Below, piece after piece: positions 10,135-20,019 of a stretch of 64,000 nt of DNA. How positions within the stretch are numbered: position 1 is the stretch's first letter; each line of letters starts with the position of its first letter. Position numbers and translations under genes: made by a program. Source of the DNA: Nitrospirota bacterium (lineage in GTDB: Bacteria > Nitrospirota > UBA9217); contig CAVUCU010000001.1 in the NCBI GenBank assembly GCA_963740085.1, positions 192,001 through 256,000 on the forward strand, given 5' to 3'. The notes beneath the pieces were generated by a model that was not told the origin of the DNA, ran no database searches, and saw only the letters and a list, made by a program, of their open reading frames with translations.

Positions 10135-10310
10135 AGGGCAGAGAGACCTTAACTCTCTACTCGAGGAACCGTCGTTTATTTCACCGCCGATGATATCGAC
10201 GAGACCTTGCGTAGGGGATAAGTGCGAATGGCGGTAAGACCCTGCTCTCGAAAAAAGAACATCGGAAAATACGGGGTCATAGCGCATTTTGAAGAGATTC
10301 ACTTCTCCGC
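10135..10310 (+). pseudogene. Frameshifted remnant of a VOC/glyoxalase family gene
   Basis: Joining frames gives GTVVYFTADDIDETLRR / ISANGGKTLL / KKNIGKYGVIAHFE, the C-terminal half of a VOC protein; no start or N-terminal half. Confidence 0.65.
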
Positions 10311-10395
10311 TTTTTTTGTTTTCGTTCTCCTCTCAAGACGAGGTGAACGATTCCGGGGAGGATAGGGCTCCATCCGGGACTTACTTCCAAAACAT

Positions 10396-11766
10396 CTAAT
10401 TTTTAATGTCCTTGAAAACCGCGGGGTCAAGGTTGTGTTTTTTCAGGAGTGTATAAAAATCTGCCCTGTATTTCCCAGCCATATTTGCCGCACTCGTAAC
10501 ATTTCCTTTCGTCAGCTCGAGAAGACGGACTAAATAGGCCTTCTCGAACGCGTCTCTGGACTGTTTCAGGGGTTTGATCGATTCCTCAGACTCGCGGTTT
10601 ATCGCCGGCAGAATGAGGTCCTCCGTTATCATGTCCTGTGTGGACATAGCGACGGCATACTCTATGGTATTCTCCAGTTCCCGAACATTTCCCGGCCATT
10701 CATGGAGCATCAACTTCTTTAGGGCAATAGGCGTCAAGCCTTTTATCTTTTTTTTCATCTGCTCGCTGAATTTTTTTATGAAGTGCTCCACCAGCAAGGG
10801 TATGTCCTCTCTCCGTTCCCTCAAGGGAGGCAATTCGATAGGAATAACATGGATCCGATAGTAAAGGTCTTCTCGAAACAAACCCAGCTTGACCTGATCC
10901 TCCAGATTTTTATTGGTCGCCACGATAATCCGCACATCGACTTCGAGCTGCTGCTGGCTGCCCACGGGATGGAATTGGCGTTCCTGCAGGACCCGAAGGA
11001 GTTTGGCCTGGATCGAGAGCGGCATGTCACCTATTTCATCAAGAAATATGGTCCCTTTGTGAGCCTGGGAAAAAAGGCCCTTTGAACTCTTGATAGCGCC
11101 GGTAAACGCCCCCTTTTCGTGGCCGAACAGCACGCTCTCAAGGAGTGTCTCGGGAAGGGCCGCACAGTTGACCGCTACAAAAGCCTTGTCCTTTCTCTCG
11201 CTTGCAAGATGGATGGCCTGAGCGATGGCCTCCTTGCCGGTGCCGCTGTCTCCATGAATGTAAACAGTAGACTCGGTGTTCGCTATCCGGGATACCGACT
11301 CCAACACCATCCGCATCTTTTCGCTTTTTGCTATGATGTTTTTAAAGTCATAGCGTTCGGACAGCAGCCCCCGTAGCCTGTTGATCTCCGTGGTAAGCTT
11401 TGCGTTCTCCAATGCCCGAGCTATTTGCAGGGCCAGTTCACGGGCGTCGAACGGCTTCGTAAGATAGGTGTACGCCCCCCGTTTTATCGCCTCAACGGCG
11501 CTCTCAATGCTCCCGTGGGCGGTGAGGATGATGACGGGCAGGTCGGGAATCGTAAGGCGAAGTTCCTCCATAAGAGATATCCCGTCCTGATGAACTAGCT
11601 GGAGGTCAACGACGGCAAGGTCAAATACATGACCGATCACGGACTGTTTTGCTTCCTCTTCGTCCTGGGCTGCCGTTACCTCATAGTCCAGGGACTCGAG
11701 CCTCATCTTGATCAATTCAAGGAGGTTACGGTCATCGTCTACGATCAGTAATTTTCCTGAAGGCAT
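10396..11766 (-). CDS. Sigma-54-dependent response regulator (GlrR/QseF-like)
   Basis: Receiver domain, GDSGTGKE, GAFTGA, LFREDLYYRI, WPGNVRELEN; C-terminal AGKYRADFYTLLKKH HTH resembles GlrR. Confidence 0.92.
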   Translation of the reverse strand: MPSGKLLIVDDDRNLLELIKMRLESLDYEVTAAQDEEEAKQSVIGHVFDLAVVDLQLVHQDGISLMEELRLTIPDLPVIILTAHGSIESAVEAIKRGAYTYLTKPFDARELALQIARALENAKLTTEINRLRGLLSERYDFKNIIAKSEKMRMVLESVSRIANTESTVYIHGDSGTGKEAIAQAIHLASERKDKAFVAVNCAALPETLLESVLFGHEKGAFTGAIKSSKGLFSQAHKGTIFLDEIGDMPLSIQAKLLRVLQERQFHPVGSQQQLEVDVRIIVATNKNLEDQVKLGLFREDLYYRIHVIPIELPPLRERREDIPLLVEHFIKKFSEQMKKKIKGLTPIALKKLMLHEWPGNVRELENTIEYAVAMSTQDMITEDLILPAINRESEESIKPLKQSRDAFEKAYLVRLLELTKGNVTSAANMAGKYRADFYTLLKKHNLDPAVFKDIKN

Positions 11767-11774
11767 GCATGCAC

Positions 11775-12281
11775 CTACTTCGTGAGCTCTTTCTTTTTCT
11801 CTTCGATCTGAATATCTACCTGCTTCGCTTTCTCGATCGCTTCAAGGACACCGACCCATATTTTTGCCTCTTCAGCACGGGGGCTCTGCGGAAAGTCTTT
11901 TATAACTTGCCTGAAGAAACCGAGCGCTTTATGATAGTCCTTTTTCAGATTTTCATAATGCACGTCGATGAGCCCCATATAAAAAAGGGCCTCATCACCG
12001 GGGGGACTCTTCGGAGAGAGGGCAAGTGTCGTCTGGCTTTCTTCTAACGCGCCGTCAAAATCCCCCTGGTTCATGAGTCGTTGCACACGCTGCAGAAAAT
12101 AAACGCTCTCCCGCCTGGCAACCAACGCATCGGTCGATGTGTTGCCGCTAACCAATGCACCGGAAGATGCACTGCTCGTAACCAACGCATCGGTCGATGC
12201 GCATGCAGAAACCATCAATAACATCAGGCCGGTAATGTAAAATGGAATGTGCTTCCTTGCCCAACCGTGCTTTCTACCCAT
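11775..12281 (-). CDS. TPR-like lipoprotein between kinase and regulator (QseG/YfhG-like position)
   Basis: Lipobox VSAC; DEALFYMGLI...FPQSPRAEEA helical repeat; C-terminal KQVDIQIEEKKK. Confidence 0.75.
   Translation of the reverse strand: MGRKHGWARKHIPFYITGLMLLMVSACASTDALVTSSASSGALVSGNTSTDALVARRESVYFLQRVQRLMNQGDFDGALEESQTTLALSPKSPPGDEALFYMGLIDVHYENLKKDYHKALGFFRQVIKDFPQSPRAEEAKIWVGVLEAIEKAKQVDIQIEEKKKELTK
12121..12210. repeat. 3 x 30-bp degenerate tandem repeat in the lipoprotein tether
   Basis: ACCAACGCATCGGTCGATG at 12121 and 12181, variant at 12151; encodes STDALV/SSGALV/STDALV. Confidence 0.75.
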
Positions 12282-13663
12282 ACGCGTCCTCCATGAGCCT
12301 GAACAATGTGTTTGACGATCGCCAACCCCAAGCCGGTGCCCTGGATCTTCCGAGAGCCGGCATGGATTGCCTGTCGAAACTTATCAAAAATAATCGCCGT
12401 CTGTTCTTCCGGTATCCCGGGTCCCGTATCGGTCACCGAAACACCCGCGCCGCCGTTCATGGCACGGAGAGATATCTCGACGGCGCCGCCCTGCGGCGTG
12501 AATTTTAAGGCATTCCCTATGATATTTCGCAATACCTGAAGAATTCTTTCTGCATCCACGGCAACGCGCGGCGACCCTTGAATGTCCTTCTTGATTCGAA
12601 TCCCCTTCGCTTCCGCCAAAGGCTCGATTTCGCGAATGACTCTTGCTATCATGGGAGCAAGGTCGGCGTTGATAAAATGAAATGTCGCGATCCCCGCTTC
12701 CAGCTTTGACAGATCGAGTAAAGAATTGACCAGATCGATAAGCCGATTGCTCTCCTCGGCGATGATCGTCAGCAGTCTCTTCTGCTTTTCCGTAACTTCC
12801 CCTCCTTTACCTTCCAGGAACAGGTTCGTACCTTCCTTGATAGAGGTGAGAGGCGTGCGCAGTTCATGAGACATGAGCGAGAAAAAGTCGGATTTCATTC
12901 GGTCCACTTCCTGCAATTTCGTGCACATGGTGTTGAACGCCTGGGCAAGAGCGTTGATTTCAGGCGGAGAGGGAAGGTTCAAATTCGCCTCGAACACACC
13001 TCGGGCGATTTCCGCCGTTTTGTCCCGCATTTTGGAGAGCGGCAGCGTTATACTCCTCGTAATGATAACCGAAAGAACGATCCCGAGCGCGAGGGACACC
13101 GCCGTGAGGAGCATAGCGAAGGTGAGAGCTTTCGATCCGACGTCGCCTAATTTCTTTATTTTACGAACAATATTATCCTCGTTCAAGGATTTCAGTTTGG
13201 TCAACTCATCCAGGACGGATTTCACCGCCCGTTCCTTTGCCTTGTTATACCACTCTTGAGGATAGCTCTGACCTGCTTTGAGGTATCCGGTCTCTGCTTC
13301 ACATAATTTTTGATAATTGTTGTGGAGGTCCTTTATCTTGGCCAAAATATCTTTCGCATCGGCGGACCCGGCATACATGCGGGCCTCACCAAGCTTCTGC
13401 TCAAAATAGTTCTTAGACTTGAGAAAACTTGCCTGGAGAGAACGGTCCCGCATGATGACGAACTTTTTGTCGTAGCGGATCTCCGAGAGTAACGCATCGG
13501 AAAGGTCCTTCTGGAGGTCGATGAGGTAATTATCAAGCAATATGGAATGGCTCACCTGCTTTACCATGTCGAGCTGAACAATGGCATATATCCCCACCCC
13601 GGTCGCAAGCGTCAGGAGAGCAAGATAGCCTGTCATTAATCGAGAAAAAATACTCAGTTTCAC
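12224..13663 (-). CDS. HAMP-domain sensor histidine kinase (GlrK/QseE-like)
   Basis: Two TM segments, HAMP, SHELRTPLTSIKEG H-box, NALKF, DTGPGI, GTGLGL. Confidence 0.92.
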   Translation of the reverse strand: MKLSIFSRLMTGYLALLTLATGVGIYAIVQLDMVKQVSHSILLDNYLIDLQKDLSDALLSEIRYDKKFVIMRDRSLQASFLKSKNYFEQKLGEARMYAGSADAKDILAKIKDLHNNYQKLCEAETGYLKAGQSYPQEWYNKAKERAVKSVLDELTKLKSLNEDNIVRKIKKLGDVGSKALTFAMLLTAVSLALGIVLSVIITRSITLPLSKMRDKTAEIARGVFEANLNLPSPPEINALAQAFNTMCTKLQEVDRMKSDFFSLMSHELRTPLTSIKEGTNLFLEGKGGEVTEKQKRLLTIIAEESNRLIDLVNSLLDLSKLEAGIATFHFINADLAPMIARVIREIEPLAEAKGIRIKKDIQGSPRVAVDAERILQVLRNIIGNALKFTPQGGAVEISLRAMNGGAGVSVTDTGPGIPEEQTAIIFDKFRQAIHAGSRKIQGTGLGLAIVKHIVQAHGGRVWVESTVGQGSTFHFTLPA

Positions 13664-13975
13664 GTCGCTGCCTGAACAATGCCGCCGGTACGATTTCCGT
13701 GGCGCGTTCTCCCTTTTTTATACACATGGTTATTGGGACAGAAAACTTGCTAAAAAAAATTACAGTGTATGGTAAACCATTATACCTTTTTTCTCCATAC
13801 ATTTTTCTGAGGCGTAATGCGTATCAAATTTTACAGCTTATGGAGGCCCTTGACAGCCCGGCATTATCCCGTTATATTGAACTGCCGTATCCGTATGGCA
13901 TAATGCATGACCTTATGATAACCGTCAATTATTACCTGTAAAGAGATCGTCATTGCCTTCTCCGAGGAGGACGTC

Positions 13976-14560
13976 TTGCAAAAGAGCTGTCGTGTCGCTT
14001 TCTTCTGCAGTTTTGTCGCGATCCTGTATCTGTTCACCGCGCTCGACGCAGGCGTCGCATCGAGTCCCGAGTATAAGCGCACCGTGGAACGATACGTGAT
14101 TCCCGATGTGACCCTTATTAACCAGAACGGCAAGCGGGTCAAATTTGAGGCACTGGTGAATTGTGGTAAACCGGTGGTCGTAGACTTCATCTACGGGACA
14201 TGCACAACGATCTGCCCTGTGCTGTCCGCCGGGTTTACGAATTTCCAGCGGACATTGGGAAATGAGTCGAAGGACGTCCAGCTAATTTCGATCTCGATCG
14301 ACCCTGAACACGACAGCCCTGCTGTCATGAGAAAATACCTGCGGAACTACCGGTCGCAGCCGGGATGGGATTTTCTGACCGGGACCAGGGATGATATTGA
14401 CCGCGTCATGAGGGCATTCGATGCCTATGTGCCGAATAAAATGTCCCATTACCCCGTCATGTTTCTTCGAGCGCCGGGCAGTGAACTATGGGTGCGCATT
14501 TATGGCCTTATTAAAGCGTCGGATTTCCTTAAAGAGTACGAGAAAGTGGTGCAAAAATGA
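13976..14560 (+). CDS. SCO1/SenC family copper-binding protein
   Basis: FIYGTCTTICP (CxxxC), ISIDPEHD, WDFLTG, conserved His. Confidence 0.9.
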   Translation: MQKSCRVAFFCSFVAILYLFTALDAGVASSPEYKRTVERYVIPDVTLINQNGKRVKFEALVNCGKPVVVDFIYGTCTTICPVLSAGFTNFQRTLGNESKDVQLISISIDPEHDSPAVMRKYLRNYRSQPGWDFLTGTRDDIDRVMRAFDAYVPNKMSHYPVMFLRAPGSELWVRIYGLIKASDFLKEYEKVVQK

Positions 14561-16284
14561 AGTACTTCCCTGGAATCCGGTCGACCCTTGAACGGCGTGT
14601 TGCGTTATTTTTATTCGTTGTCTGTGCTTGCGGTCTGGCGGTGATGCCACCGCTCGTCTATGCCAATGATCCCGCCCCGCCGAAGGGACTGTCGCGGGAA
14701 GATGCGCTTCGGCTCGGCGAAAGAATGTACCGGAAAGGTATCCTGCCCTCGGGAGATGCGATGAAGGCCGTCGTCAAGGGCGACGTTCCCGTTGAGGGGA
14801 CGATGTTCACCTGTTCAAGCTGCCACTATCGTAGCGGTTTCGGGACCTCCGAGGGCCGAGTCAGAACGCCGCCGATCGACGGTACACGGCTGTATTCGCC
14901 CCTGTCAAAGTTCAAAGGAATTCCCTTGAAGAACAGGACCGGCGGACCCAAGAACGAAGACGTTTACCGCCCTGCCTACACGGACGAAACCCTCACGAGG
15001 GTAATACGGACCGGTGAAGACCCTACCGGCAAACAAATATATGATGTGATGCCGATTTATCTCTTAAACGACCGAGATGCGGAGATACTTGTTTACTACC
15101 TCAAGAATTTATCATCGGGACTGCAGCCCGGCGTGACCGACACTGGCCTGCGTTTTGCCACGGTCATTACCGAAGAAGTGCTCAAAGAGGATCGAGAGGC
15201 GATGCTGAGCCCGCTGCAAGCCTTCATCGATCATTGGCACCTGTCGAGAACGATGGAACGTATGACGAGGAGAGATGCATACCTGCAGGAAGGGACGTCC
15301 ACAGGCTTAAAGAAATTATCACTTGCCGTATGGGAACTAAAAGGTCCCGCTGAAACATGGCGAAAACAGCTGGAAGAATACTACAAAAAGGACCCCGTCT
15401 TCGCTCTTCTGGGCGGCATAACAACGGGTGAGTGGGCGCCGATCCACCGCTTCTGTGAAGACAACGGGATACCGGCTGTTTTTCCTATTACGGATTTCCC
15501 CGTCATCTCCGAGACAGACTGGTACACCCTCTATCTCTCGAAAGGTCTTTATCAGGAGGGAGAAACAGCAGCCAGATATCTCCATGGCAGAGATGACTTA
15601 TCAACAAACGTGTCAGTTGTCCAGGTCTTTCGTAATGACCGGTCCGGCCTTGCTCTATCCAAGGCCTTTCAGGAGACGTGGTCGAGTCTCGGCCGCACAG
15701 CTCCCGAAAACGTTGCATTGGACAGCTCTGAGCAGCTTACGGAAGACTTTTGGAAGAAACTGTCCCGCAAACAAAAGCACGTCGTTGTTCTATTATGGCT
15801 GAATGCAGCGGATTTCACTGCTCTTGATAGCCTCGCCAACGTGCAAACCAGACCCGCTCTGGTCTTTGTCTCCTCCACTCTGCTGGGAAAGCGTTTGTAT
15901 TCTTTGCCGGAGACGGAGAGAACCATCGTCTACGTCACTTATCCGTACACGCTTCCCCAAGAGTCCAAGAAATATCAAGTATCAATCGAAGCGTCGCTTA
16001 AAAAAAACAATATCTCCGTCACCAACCCGGAGATCGCATACAAGATGTCGTCTCTCTTCTCGACATTGAACGGCCCATTTGCCATGATGAGAAATTATAT
16101 TTACCGGGATTATTTTCTCGAATTGATTGAATCGTCGCCTGATACATCCGCAACTCCGGTAATTTACCCGCGCCTCAGCTTCGGCTCCGGACAGCGGTAT
16201 GCCTCGAAGGGTTGCTATATCGTCCAGTTGACGAAAGGTCCTCAACCTGAACTTGTCAAGCGAAGTGACTGGGTCATCCACTGA
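14557..16284 (+). CDS. Cytochrome c fused to a periplasmic-binding-protein-like domain
   Basis: Signal/TM, CSSCH heme motif, distal MP(IY), then PVFALLGG..HRFCEDNGIPAVFP type I PBP-like region; ATGA overlap with SCO. Confidence 0.8.
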   Translation: MKYFPGIRSTLERRVALFLFVVCACGLAVMPPLVYANDPAPPKGLSREDALRLGERMYRKGILPSGDAMKAVVKGDVPVEGTMFTCSSCHYRSGFGTSEGRVRTPPIDGTRLYSPLSKFKGIPLKNRTGGPKNEDVYRPAYTDETLTRVIRTGEDPTGKQIYDVMPIYLLNDRDAEILVYYLKNLSSGLQPGVTDTGLRFATVITEEVLKEDREAMLSPLQAFIDHWHLSRTMERMTRRDAYLQEGTSTGLKKLSLAVWELKGPAETWRKQLEEYYKKDPVFALLGGITTGEWAPIHRFCEDNGIPAVFPITDFPVISETDWYTLYLSKGLYQEGETAARYLHGRDDLSTNVSVVQVFRNDRSGLALSKAFQETWSSLGRTAPENVALDSSEQLTEDFWKKLSRKQKHVVVLLWLNAADFTALDSLANVQTRPALVFVSSTLLGKRLYSLPETERTIVYVTYPYTLPQESKKYQVSIEASLKKNNISVTNPEIAYKMSSLFSTLNGPFAMMRNYIYRDYFLELIESSPDTSATPVIYPRLSFGSGQRYASKGCYIVQLTKGPQPELVKRSDWVIH

Positions 16285-16413
16285 CCCCTGCGAGTTCCCG
16301 CAGAAAAACCAGCGAACATCAGTCTTCCCGTCCACTTCGGTATAAACTTCATCGCAGAACGACTTAGCCGTAGTATTTTTTATCCAGTACACTTCCCACG
16401 ATTTACCTGCTTT

Positions 16414-16872
16414 TCAGTTCGACGCACGCGCATAGATCAAAGAAGAGACCTTCCTGCGTCCCCGGTCGGTATTGCGCAGGATACCCCCTTCTTTCCTCAC
16501 GGGCGCCTTCTGCCGCTGAAATCCCAAGGCGAGAAGATGACGGCCTGCGACTCGGTCTGCGGCAATATGCTTCATCGCAGAATAATCTAATAAATGTCGC
16601 AACACCTCCCGCCCGATGCCTCGACGTCGCCGGCTCCCATACAGGCTGAGCCGTCCTATTTGACTCTTGGCATCCTTTGAGAGAACCGCGAATCCGAGGA
16701 TCCGGTCCTCCCGCGATGCAACCACAGCGTCAGCCCCTGACACATCAAGAAACCCTTCTTGCCGCTTCTTCAGGATATCTGCGATATCGATCCATTCGGA
16801 TTCGTTTGCATGTCTTATATATACCACCTTCCCCGTGATACCCGAAATGCCTGTTTCCCGCGGATTGCCCAT
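16414..16872 (-). CDS. GNAT-like protein
   Basis: YIRHA..ILGFAVL..RRRRGIGREVL acetyl-CoA loop; start moved to ATG 16872. Confidence 0.6.
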   Translation of the reverse strand: MGNPRETGISGITGKVVYIRHANESEWIDIADILKKRQEGFLDVSGADAVVASREDRILGFAVLSKDAKSQIGRLSLYGSRRRRGIGREVLRHLLDYSAMKHIAADRVAGRHLLALGFQRQKAPVRKEGGILRNTDRGRRKVSSLIYARASN

Positions 16873-17016
16873 AATACATCCCCCTCCCTGCGTGCTTACC
16901 CTTCTCAATGACTCATTCAGCGAACACCGAAGGGCTTTCGCCCGCACAATCCATGAGCGCACGCTTCCCCGCGCACTGTGCCGTCAGGAGAACGATGTAT
17001 TCGCTCTTCTGATCTG

Positions 17017-17547
17017 TCATGCGGCATGTGCCATGTCCACCAGAGTCCTGAGCGTCTGCAACGGCTTTTCGTAATCCGGATGATTCGAAAGTTCCGGAAC
17101 GATCTCGACATAACGCACCCTGTTGTCACGGTCGAGGATGAAAACCGACCGGGCTAGAAGCCTGAGCTCTTTGATCAGCACGCCGAAGGCGTTGCCGAAT
17201 GAAGCGTCACGGTGGTCGGATAACGTCTTCACCCGTTCGATCCCGGCTACCGTGCAGAAGCGTGCTATTGCAAAGGGCAGGTCCATGCTGATGTTCAATA
17301 CAACGACGTCCGTGGGCAACAGCGAAGCCTCGGTGTTAAAACGCCGCAATTGAAGATCGCATACTGTCGTGTCCAGAGACGGTGTGACGCTTATCAGTTT
17401 GATCTTGTTCTTAAACTCTGAAAGCCGTACTTCGGTCGACTCCTGGTCCAGTACCGTAAAATCAGGTGCAACCATACCGACATCCAATTTTCCACCCATG
17501 AGCGTCAGTGATTTACCGTGCATGGTAATTGTTCTTGAATCGGCCAT
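17017..17547 (-). CDS. tpx: Thiol peroxidase Tpx
   Basis: PSLDTTVC, ISMDLPFAIARFC, LLARSVFILD, HPDYE; ATG 17547 after GGAGGTG. Confidence 0.93.
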   Translation of the reverse strand: MADSRTITMHGKSLTLMGGKLDVGMVAPDFTVLDQESTEVRLSEFKNKIKLISVTPSLDTTVCDLQLRRFNTEASLLPTDVVVLNISMDLPFAIARFCTVAGIERVKTLSDHRDASFGNAFGVLIKELRLLARSVFILDRDNRVRYVEIVPELSNHPDYEKPLQTLRTLVDMAHAA

Positions 17548-17762
17548 ACTAATCACCTCCAAAAATAACACATACTCACGCCGGAACAGGCATGATTTCT
17601 CATCTTCGACGCATTCTCTCCCTTTATAATAAGGATAAATCAACTCCTGATTAAAGTCAAGGAGATATCCTGCTCGGTCCCTGTTTGATTTTTCATCGTT
17701 TATGGTTTGAGGAAGATGTAAAAAGCCTCTTCTTCGACTCGCCAAAAAGAAGAGAACGAAAC

Positions 17763-18110
17763 CTAGTACCCGAGAGGGTTCCACGACCGGAAGCGATTCA
17801 CTTCTTCTCCCGGATTCGGCAGGCCTGCTATCTTCCATGCCTTGACCGGGTCACTGAACCGGTCCGTGATACAAGCCCCTGACTGGCCCACGCTCTTGCA
17901 GACAAAACGAACAACGGGAAAGAAATGGTACTTTTCATAATACATCCGCAAAAATCTCAAGATGTCGAACTGCTCTTCAGATAATCTTTCTATGCCTTCC
18001 TTTGCGGCGAGAACTACCGCAAGCGCTTCCGTCCACTCCCCGGTATTCATCAGGAACCCGTCAGCATCCACATTTACACCGCCATCTGCCCGAGTAATCA
18101 TCGACCCCAC
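17763..18110 (-). CDS. TusE/DsrC/DsvC family protein lacking C-terminal cysteines
   Basis: VDADGFL...W...LAAKEGI..L...ILRFLRMYY...AWKIAGLPNP. Confidence 0.82.
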   Translation of the reverse strand: MGSMITRADGGVNVDADGFLMNTGEWTEALAVVLAAKEGIERLSEEQFDILRFLRMYYEKYHFFPVVRFVCKSVGQSGACITDRFSDPVKAWKIAGLPNPGEEVNRFRSWNPLGY

Positions 18111-18161
18111 CTGCCCTTCTTGGCAAACTCACGTAATCAAATTTTAACTACACAGAGTCTA

Positions 18162-18590
18162 TCAGGCTGCGCGTTTTCCCGGTTTTCTCAGTTCCTTCTC
18201 CAGATAGGCCCTCCAAGGCTTCCAGTAGTAGTCGAGCCAGCCTTTGTTCACATTGTCAAAATCGCTTTCCGGCACATTGAGATGCGTCATCTCGATCTTC
18301 CCGTTCTTGCCCTCCGGCAGGAACCTGAGCACAAGGATCGAATCCGGGTCCCCCGGGTTCCAATGATTGCCGCGCCAGAGCTGAACGATATATTGCTTCG
18401 GTACAACCGCAATGGTTTTTCCGTAGATCATGCCGTCGAAAGCCCGGAATTCCGAGCCCACCAAGGGACTGATCGTTACCGCTCCGCCAACGATCGTACC
18501 GTGGATAATCGGATCCAGATACATGTCGAACAGTCTGTCCGACTGTGCAAGAAGTGTAACATTATGTTGAATTATTTTTTGCATACACAA
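18162..18590 (-). CDS. SRPBCC/AHSA1-like protein
   Basis: IVQLWRG.HW..DSIL...THLNVP...GWLDYYWKPW. Confidence 0.8.
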   Translation of the reverse strand: MCMQKIIQHNVTLLAQSDRLFDMYLDPIIHGTIVGGAVTISPLVGSEFRAFDGMIYGKTIAVVPKQYIVQLWRGNHWNPGDPDSILVLRFLPEGKNGKIEMTHLNVPESDFDNVNKGWLDYYWKPWRAYLEKELRKPGKRAA

Positions 18591-19007
18591 TACCCCCTTC
18601 CAAATGCAACCCGTTTATCTGAAATTCGAACCCCGGTCTCCTGCTCCCGGCAACAAGGAAAACTCTTTTACGATCTATTCGCTTCGACGACTCTCCTCGG
18701 GGTCTCTCCCTTGCTTATATTATACCAAACCCATCTGATTTAAGCAGGAAGCGCCGGTACCCCAAGTTATCCGTGCTGGTTCAGCCGGAAAGGCAATGTA
18801 GGGGGATATATAAAAGCAGAAGAGACACGATAACGTCGCACCATGCGATGGGCGATGCGAACCATGATTGTGACGATGAGAGCAATAACAATAAATTTGT
18901 ACTCGAAGGCGAGGAATCAAGAATAAGGTTCATGCGCCAGCTCTCCGGATCGGCAAGTTAACCCTCTGCCTCCAGAAGATCACTCATAAGCCCGCATTCA
19001 GGAGGGT

Positions 19008-19430
19008 CTACGGCTGGAAGACGCCAATGCGCTCCATCTGTTCGAAGATCCATTCGTCCGCGGCAAGATCGTCATATGCAAGTTCGGGTAGGGCCGATGA
19101 GTATTCCTTCAGAAAAAGATAGGCGATCTTTCTCGTAGGTGAATTCAGTTTCTCAGTCCAGTCATTCCCGACGCTCATGAGCTGACCCCGGATCCGCGCG
19201 CCGTTGATCCTTTCTTCGATAACCTGGTCTGGGATCATACTGGCAATGAGAATGCGTCTTCCCGTTCCATTTGCAGACACGAGTTTTACCGGCTTCTGTT
19301 CGTCCTTCTCCCTGATGCCGTGCTCTCTGCACCAGCCGGCCACACTCTCCACTATCAGGAGATCGGACTCCTTCATGTTGAGATGCTCCGCCAGATGCTT
19401 GAAGTACCATTCATAATCTTTAACAAACAT
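19008..19430 (-). CDS. Hypothetical protein
   Basis: 140-aa ORF with AGGAGG RBS and protein-like composition. Confidence 0.7.
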   Translation of the reverse strand: MFVKDYEWYFKHLAEHLNMKESDLLIVESVAGWCREHGIREKDEQKPVKLVSANGTGRRILIASMIPDQVIEERINGARIRGQLMSVGNDWTEKLNSPTRKIAYLFLKEYSSALPELAYDDLAADEWIFEQMERIGVFQP

Positions 19431-19625
19431 ATGAAACCTCCTTTTCCCCAGCTAAGCGGCTTAAAAAATTCCGCCGCTGAGACCTCCAAAGCAAGCCATT
19501 GAATTCCCGACACAAAACTCTTCACCGTTCTTTTTCATTATCTTGCATGAGCAATCAATCGCTAAAGGTCCAGTCGCAGCATCTGCTGTAACACAGTTTG
19601 ACGGACCCGCGAAGGAGCCTGGGTT

Positions 19626-19691
19626 TCATGACGGAGCACCCTGACGTACGAAGTCGTTCAGCATATCGATGACCAGCAGGGCTTCTTTCAT
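19626..19691 (-). pseudogene. N-terminal remnant of an isochorismatase/nicotinamidase-family gene
   Basis: GAGGAGG RBS, then MKEALLVIDMLNDFVRQGAPS* (ALLVIDMxNDF signature); no recognisable continuation. Confidence 0.7.
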
Positions 19692-20019
19692 GCGATTTTA
19701 CCTCCTCGTCCAAACCTCCTACTCGAATTTTATCACCATGTCCTCTCCTTGGCAAGGAACGGGAGGAGGCCTTTGAACCGTTTTCGCACTTATTTATGCA
19801 ATATCGACGGTCCTGGAAGATCCAGGAAGATATTTTAGCATACCGGGATGATGCACCTCTTTTACTTTTTTGGAGCTATAATGTTAAAAAGATACGAATG
19901 TTCAAGCCCTGCCTTTTAAGTGGGACATCGTAGAGGCGATCTTCGATCGAAGCCGGCGCTTGCGAAACGCAAGCTTGCGAGTAGGGAATATATCCTGAGC
20001 ATGAGAAAGGGAGCTAGTT

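Noticed and set aside
13895-13909. Sigma-54 promoter for the SCO gene
   Set aside because: The -12 element reads TGA rather than TGC, too weak to list as a feature; mentioned only as a hint.
17548-17838. Long N-terminal extension of Tpx
   Set aside because: Overlaps the DsrC-like gene; a better RBS and start exist at 17547.
18767-18933. Possible frameshifted small membrane protein on the minus strand
   Set aside because: Needs an assumed frameshift and matches no family I recognise.
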